From a virus (taxonomy: Duplodnaviria > Caudoviricetes), in IMG/VR virus record IMGVR_UViG_3300034118_002091, positions 1 to 29,424 of that record: a stretch of DNA of 29,424 nucleotides. One strand, 5' to 3'. Positions 25,231 through 29,424 of this stretch are shown in pieces. Every line of letters begins with the position of its first letter. Within the stretch, counting starts at the first letter, position 1. The translations under genes were made by a program, and so were the position numbers. The notes below the pieces were generated by a model. That model was not told the origin of the DNA and did not search any database. It was given only the letters and a program-made list of their open reading frames with translations.

Positions 25231-26300
25231 CGCAAGACGGCCGAGTCGACCTCGACAGACCGCATGTCGTGATCTCCGACATCGCAACAGGCGCGCCCGT
25301 GCGCGCACAGACGTGGAGCGACATGGCGCGCCTCGCGCATTGGGTCGCAGGGCGCGGCACTGTGCTCGTGCCGCAGCACAAGACCATGATTCGGTTCGAC
25401 GCGGCAGGGTTCTTTGGAGTGACGAGTGCCACGCTCCGGTACATGACGCGCCCGCAGGGCCGAGCGATCGCGCGCGTGTGGGTGTTCGAGTTCCGTGGGC
25501 ACACGGGCTTTCCCGGAACCGTCACGATCCAGCCACTCGAGATCCCGAGCGCGGTCTCTCCGCCCTACACCGTCGAGGCGCCCGCGTACGGCACGCGCAT
25601 GGCGCCGATCGTCGTCGTCGAGGGCGCGGGCGTCGAGGCTGAGCTCGCTCGCTCAGTGAGCGACCAGGAGATCACGTGCGAGGTCGTCTGCACGGCGGGC
25701 TACGTCGACCTCGTGTCGTGTGCGGTGTGGGAGCTGCCTCGCGCGGCGCTCACGCAGGACTCGACCGATCTGGCGATCGGTCTCGACGGGTTCTTTCCAC
25801 GTCGACCGATTCAGGGCGGCGTCGACTACCAGTCGATCAAGGGTCTCTTCGATCTCACGATTGGGCTCACGCAGCTCAGCGGCACGCGCCCGCGAACCAA
25901 GAGCGGGCACATCGGCCGATGGGGGCCAGAGATGCAGTCCACGAGCGCGACCGCGATCTCGCTGCTCGAGTCCGGGTTCGACTACCGGATCCTCGGCGGC
26001 AAGGACAGGCCGAGCGACACCACAACCACGCTCACGGCCTACATCTACGCCTACTACGGCGGTGGGTCCGGCACTCCGTCTGGCGACTGGCGCGTAGTGA
26101 CGGGCAGCGGTGGCGCGAGCGCGTGGCAGCCGATCACGAACACGAGCTATGCGTGGCTCGGTCCACTGACGTTCACCGTCACCGCCGAGGACCCGACTAC
26201 GAGCTACGGAGTCGCGTCGTCGTACGACACTCTCCGGTTCGAGGTCCGGTCAAACAGCTTCGCGACCGTCTACGTGTCCGGCTGGGCCGTGCTTGAGTGA
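25227..26300 (+). CDS. Minor tail / putative receptor-binding module protein
   Basis: ATGA overlap; 357 aa, Ser/Thr/aromatic-rich beta C-terminal domain. Confidence 0.7.
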   Translation: MTQDGRVDLDRPHVVISDIATGAPVRAQTWSDMARLAHWVAGRGTVLVPQHKTMIRFDAAGFFGVTSATLRYMTRPQGRAIARVWVFEFRGHTGFPGTVTIQPLEIPSAVSPPYTVEAPAYGTRMAPIVVVEGAGVEAELARSVSDQEITCEVVCTAGYVDLVSCAVWELPRAALTQDSTDLAIGLDGFFPRRPIQGGVDYQSIKGLFDLTIGLTQLSGTRPRTKSGHIGRWGPEMQSTSATAISLLESGFDYRILGGKDRPSDTTTTLTAYIYAYYGGGSGTPSGDWRVVTGSGGASAWQPITNTSYAWLGPLTFTVTAEDPTTSYGVASSYDTLRFEVRSNSFATVYVSGWAVLE

Positions 26301-26353
26301 CCTGACGGTCGCGTCACATTGCCGCCGATCGTCCTCGCCGTGACGATCGGCGC
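26299..26353 (+). promoter_or_regulatory. Second putative late promoter with activator palindrome and 11-bp inverted repeat
   Basis: GACCTGACG-GTCG-CGTCACAT, then TTGCCG(26319-24)-17 bp-GACGAT(26342-47)-CGGCGC-ATG; inverted repeat 26323-33 / 26342-52. Confidence 0.65.
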
Positions 26354-26752
26354 ATGAGCGCTCCCACCGCCACGAAGTCACAGCGCGCGAGCGCAGACTA
26401 CACGCTCGGCACGCCGCACGCGCGCGACTCGATCAGCACGTCCGCGGAGCTGCTCGGGATCCCCGCCGACTGCATCGGGAGGTTCGTCGAGTTCACTTCG
26501 TGCGCGGGCAGCGGCGCGGCGGTCGACATCGGCATCCGCTTCGGCGACTCCAACGCAGCATGCGTGCTCGGAGACCGGAGCGCGCTCGCCACCGCCACGC
26601 TGACGGCCGACGTGAACGTCCCGCACCTGTACCTCGTCGCCGGGACGACGCGACGCATCCGGCTCGATCCGAGCTGGACGCACATGAGTCACCGCGGGAC
26701 GGCCGCCACCGGGTGCCTCCGCTTCGCGCCCGCAGAAGGGGCCGGCGTGTGA
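26354..26752 (+). CDS. Hypothetical beta-rich protein
   Basis: 132 aa, normal codon usage, coupled to the next gene by GTGA. Confidence 0.7.
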   Translation: MSAPTATKSQRASADYTLGTPHARDSISTSAELLGIPADCIGRFVEFTSCAGSGAAVDIGIRFGDSNAACVLGDRSALATATLTADVNVPHLYLVAGTTRRIRLDPSWTHMSHRGTAATGCLRFAPAEGAGV

Positions 26753-27051
26753 GCGCCGATCTCGCAGGCCTGGACCTCGACGACGACATCTCGAGGATCC
26801 CGCGCACGCCGGAGCCGCACGAGGTACCCACCATCGTGCGCGAGCTCGTGCGCATCACGGGCGCCCACGGTCGCGCCCTCCGCGCGATGCGCTCGCTCGT
26901 GTGGGGCGTCGTCGTCGCCGTGATCGTCGGCTCGCTCGGCGTCGTGGCGACGGTCGCCGGTGCCGCGTGGTCACTCGGCGCGCGCATGGAGCGGATCGAG
27001 GCGCTCACGCAGCGCATCGATCGTCTCGAGGACATGGAGGGTCGACGATGA
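26749..27051 (+). CDS. Single-pass membrane protein with C-terminal coiled coil (holin/antiholin-like)
   Basis: TM LVWGVVVAVIVGSLGVVATVAGAAW followed by RMERIEALTQRIDRLE. Confidence 0.65.
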   Translation: MSADLAGLDLDDDISRIPRTPEPHEVPTIVRELVRITGAHGRALRAMRSLVWGVVVAVIVGSLGVVATVAGAAWSLGARMERIEALTQRIDRLEDMEGRR

Positions 27052-27923
27052 AGCTCCCCCGACTGGACTGGCCGCAGACCGCGCTCGTGCTGGGCCTCGG
27101 CGCGATCGCCGTGCTCGCCCTCATCTACGCCCCCGCGGACTACCACGCGCCGATCGGCGCGGCGCTCACGCTCGCCGTGGGCGTCCTCCGCAGCATCATC
27201 GCGGCGCCCCCTCCGCCTCCGCCGCCCGCTGCCCCGCCGAGCGGCGGCCCGAGCGCGCCCGACGACGACAGCGACGACACGCAGCCGCCGACGAGCGACG
27301 GCCCGCCGACGCGCCCGCGCCGCGTGACGATGCCCTCGACCGCTGCCCGCGTCGAGCGAGGCTACCGCGACGCCGCTGCGCCGCAGACGCCGCGCTTCCT
27401 CGTAGTGCCCGGTGCGGTCGTGCGCGTGGGCAGTTCGGTCACCGATGGACACGTCGCACTCGGTTGCTCGCTCGCGATCTCGATCGCTCTGGTTCTCGGC
27501 GCCGCGCTTCTCACCGGCTGCGGCGCCTCCGCGCTCCGCACGCACTCGACGATCGCGACCATCGCGCGCGTGTCGGTCGTGACCGCGGGCGACGCGGTCG
27601 CGCTGACGTGCGAGACGGCGCTCGCGCGGTGCACGGACGCCGCGTGCGTCGAGCGCACCGGGGGCGACTGCCGCACCGCTGCGACGGCGGCCGAGGCGGC
27701 GATCGCGGGCGTGCGCGCCTACGTCGACGTGATCGAGGTCGCGGCGCGGGCCGACGAGGGCCAGATCGGCGAGGCGCTCGATCTCGCGCTCCAGGCGATG
27801 GCGCGCGTGTACGAGTCGGTGCGGGAGACGCTCGCGAGCCTCTCGCTCGGCGTGACGCTGCCGCCGCTGCCTCCCGTGGCCGTCGCGATCGTGCGCGCGC
27901 TCGTGGGCGGGGTGGCGTCGTGA
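27048..27923 (+). CDS. Membrane protein: two N-terminal TMs, Pro-rich linker, third TM with internal lipobox, helical domain (putative holin-spanin fusion)
   Basis: GGAGG RBS and ATGA overlap; LLTG-C at residue 158; four further Cys; hydrophobic C-terminus. Confidence 0.7.
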   Translation: MKLPRLDWPQTALVLGLGAIAVLALIYAPADYHAPIGAALTLAVGVLRSIIAAPPPPPPPAAPPSGGPSAPDDDSDDTQPPTSDGPPTRPRRVTMPSTAARVERGYRDAAAPQTPRFLVVPGAVVRVGSSVTDGHVALGCSLAISIALVLGAALLTGCGASALRTHSTIATIARVSVVTAGDAVALTCETALARCTDAACVERTGGDCRTAATAAEAAIAGVRAYVDVIEVAARADEGQIGEALDLALQAMARVYESVRETLASLSLGVTLPPLPPVAVAIVRALVGGVAS

Positions 27924-28366
27924 TCGACCCCACCGTCATCGAGATCCTCGCCGCTGCCGCGCGCGCCGCGGGCCCGCTCCTCGAGCGCGTGGTCGGAGCG
28001 CTCACGGAGGACCACCGCGAGGCCGTGCTCGAGGCGCTCGCGCGCGACCGAGAGGCCCTCGACGCCGCACCGGACGTGCTCGCGCGCGTCGAGGCCGCCA
28101 TCGTCGCCGCACGTGCCCGCGTCCAGGCGCACGAGCAGGCGAGAGGAAACACCATCCGCGATCGATACGGCGTGATGGACACGACGCGCCTCGCGCTGCA
28201 CCGGCTCGCCGCCGACGGCCCCATCTCGCACGAGGACCGCGCCGAGGCTCGGCAGGCGCTGCGGCTCGTGGACGCCGCCCTTCGCGGCGAGCTCGCGATC
28301 GCGCAGCCCGTGACGCTCGCCGCTCCGGTGGGCGCGTGGAGCGAGCCTGCGCACGAGGAGGACTGA
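27920..28366 (+). CDS. Hypothetical helical protein
   Basis: GTGA overlap; 148 aa, amphipathic N-terminus. Confidence 0.7.
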   Translation: MIDPTVIEILAAAARAAGPLLERVVGALTEDHREAVLEALARDREALDAAPDVLARVEAAIVAARARVQAHEQARGNTIRDRYGVMDTTRLALHRLAADGPISHEDRAEARQALRLVDAALRGELAIAQPVTLAAPVGAWSEPAHEED

Positions 28367-28369
28367 CCG

Positions 28370-28576
28370 ATGGCCATCAAGATCCGCAAGACCGCCGACG
28401 TGAAGAAGCGCGACCTCGTCGCGATGCTCAAGGCTGCGGGGCAGGACGTGAGGGGCGCGTCGGTGCTCGTCGAGGTGCTCCCCGGCAAGGCCGCCGTGCC
28501 GACCTCCGTGTCGGCGTCGCTCGAGGATGCCGACGTGATCGTCTCGGTCACGTGGACGGAGACCGAGGACGTCTGA
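28370..28576 (+). CDS. Small hypothetical protein
   Basis: GAGGAGG RBS; TGATG coupling to the next gene. Confidence 0.7.
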   Translation: MAIKIRKTADVKKRDLVAMLKAAGQDVRGASVLVEVLPGKAAVPTSVSASLEDADVIVSVTWTETEDV

Positions 28577-28908
28577 TGCTCCGGCTCAACCACAAGCAGG
28601 GCGCGACGTTCGTCTACGCCGGGCTCGTCTCCGACGACAGCGACGTGCCGGTCAACGTCACCGGCTACACGCTGACGTCGACGTGCCGCGACACCTACGG
28701 CACAAGCGTGGGCACCGCTACGATCACTGTCGCCGATCAGGGCACCGATCCGGGAGAGTTCACCCTCGAGATCCCTGCGGCGACGACGGCCGCATGGGCG
28801 CCAGGCACGAGCGTGTTCTTCGACCTGCGCATCGTGTCCCCCGGGGCGCGCGTCGACTACACCGAGAACGTAGAGATCCGCGTGATCGAGCGCCAGACGA
28901 CGAGCTGA
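28576..28908 (+). CDS. Beta-sandwich fibre adaptor-like protein (BppU N-terminal / LtfC-like)
   Basis: +.QGATF, P+N+TGYT, G.F.L.I.A..TAAW, +FDL.+ pattern; precedes the collagen fibre. Confidence 0.65.
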   Translation: MLRLNHKQGATFVYAGLVSDDSDVPVNVTGYTLTSTCRDTYGTSVGTATITVADQGTDPGEFTLEIPAATTAAWAPGTSVFFDLRIVSPGARVDYTENVEIRVIERQTTS

Positions 28909-28911
28909 GCG

Positions 28912-29424
28912 ATGCGGATCACGCTCACGCCGATCTCGCCGCTGACGGTCACGCTCACGAGCGGGTCGCTCGGCACCGTGCGCGTCACGCAGGCGTCGGC
29001 GTCGATCGCGTTCGCGCTCGGAGGCGCCGGTCCGCAGGGGCCGGCCGGGCCGACCGGAGCCACGGGCGCGACTGGCCCGCAGGGACCCGCGGGCGCCACC
29101 GGCCCCGCTGGACCGCAGGGCGACCCTGGGCCGACGGGCGCGACCGGCGCAACCGGGGCGACGGGGCCTGCGGGCCCGAAGGGCGACACGGGAGACACCG
29201 GGCCCGCGGGCGCGACAGGGCCCGCTGGTCCGACCGGTGCAACGGGACCGGCAGGTCCCACTGGTGCAACCGGCCCGGCAGGGCCCGGCGTGCCTGCTGG
29301 CGGTACTACTGGTCAGCTGCCGGTCAAGGCGAGTGGCACTGACTACGACATCGCATGGACCAACCCGCCCATTCGCGGGCGCGAGACCGTGGACTTCGGC
29401 ACTCGTCGTCGCGATGCGACGGTG
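28912..29424 (+). CDS. Collagen-like fibre protein, truncated by the window end (not in the ORF track)
   Basis: About 30 uninterrupted Gly-X-Y triplets (29020-29289), then [10 protein letters not shown]+.VK.SGTDYD..W, a motif typical of phage fibres. Confidence 0.9.
   Translation, partial: MRITLTPISPLTVTLTSGSLGTVRVTQASASIAFALGGAGPQGPAGPTGATGATGPQGPAGATGPAGPQGDPGPTGATGATGATGPAGPKGDTGDTGPAGATGPAGPTGATGPAGPTGATGPAGPGVPAGGTTGQLPVKASGTDYDIAWTNPPIRGRETVDFGTRRRDATV

Larger units (their letters stand above)
1..29424. mobile_element. Temperate tailed phage / prophage (lambdoid-style immunity switch, primase-helicase replication, Mu-like head, siphovirus-type tail); both ends lie outside the window
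   Basis: Continuous, translationally coupled phage gene order: repressor/cro/cII, replication, terminase, portal, protease, capsid, neck, tail tube, tape measure, tail tip, membrane proteins, collagen fibre. Confidence 0.97.

Noticed and set aside
20404-26300. Diversity-generating retroelement acting on tail genes
   Set aside because: No reverse transcriptase and no template/variable repeat pair found by eye
29020-29289. 9-bp periodic repeat as a DNA-level element
   Set aside because: Fully explained by Gly-X-Y coding, with varied synonymous codons

Overview
The whole window is the interior of a very GC-rich temperate tailed phage or prophage. No integrase, att site, endolysin or host gene is visible. 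From left to right it contains: (1) a leftward early operon, ending in a YfdR-like HD hydrolase that runs off the edge; (2) an immunity region with an ImmA/IrrE-type metalloprotease, a CI-like repressor, Cro- and CII-like genes, and five 16-bp operators over two near-identical divergent promoters; (3) YfdP/DUF2303-like genes; (4) a DUF3854/Toprim-DUF927 primase-helicase followed by a bidirectional iteron array (probable origin); (5) a Cys-rich lipoprotein and a Zn-finger/HTH regulator; (6) terminase and a Mu-like head module; (7) a non-contractile tail module; (8) a separately promoted block of lysis-like membrane proteins and a collagen-like fibre. The most unusual signals are a fully paired but loop-mutated initiator-tRNA-like cloverleaf abutting a neck-gene start codon, an apparent holin-lipoprotein (spanin-like) fusion with an internal lipobox, a repeated late-promoter palindrome, and widespread apparently leaderless genes. 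All product calls come from motif recognition and synteny by eye, not database searches. The host is probably a high-GC diderm, possibly Myxococcota (inference only).
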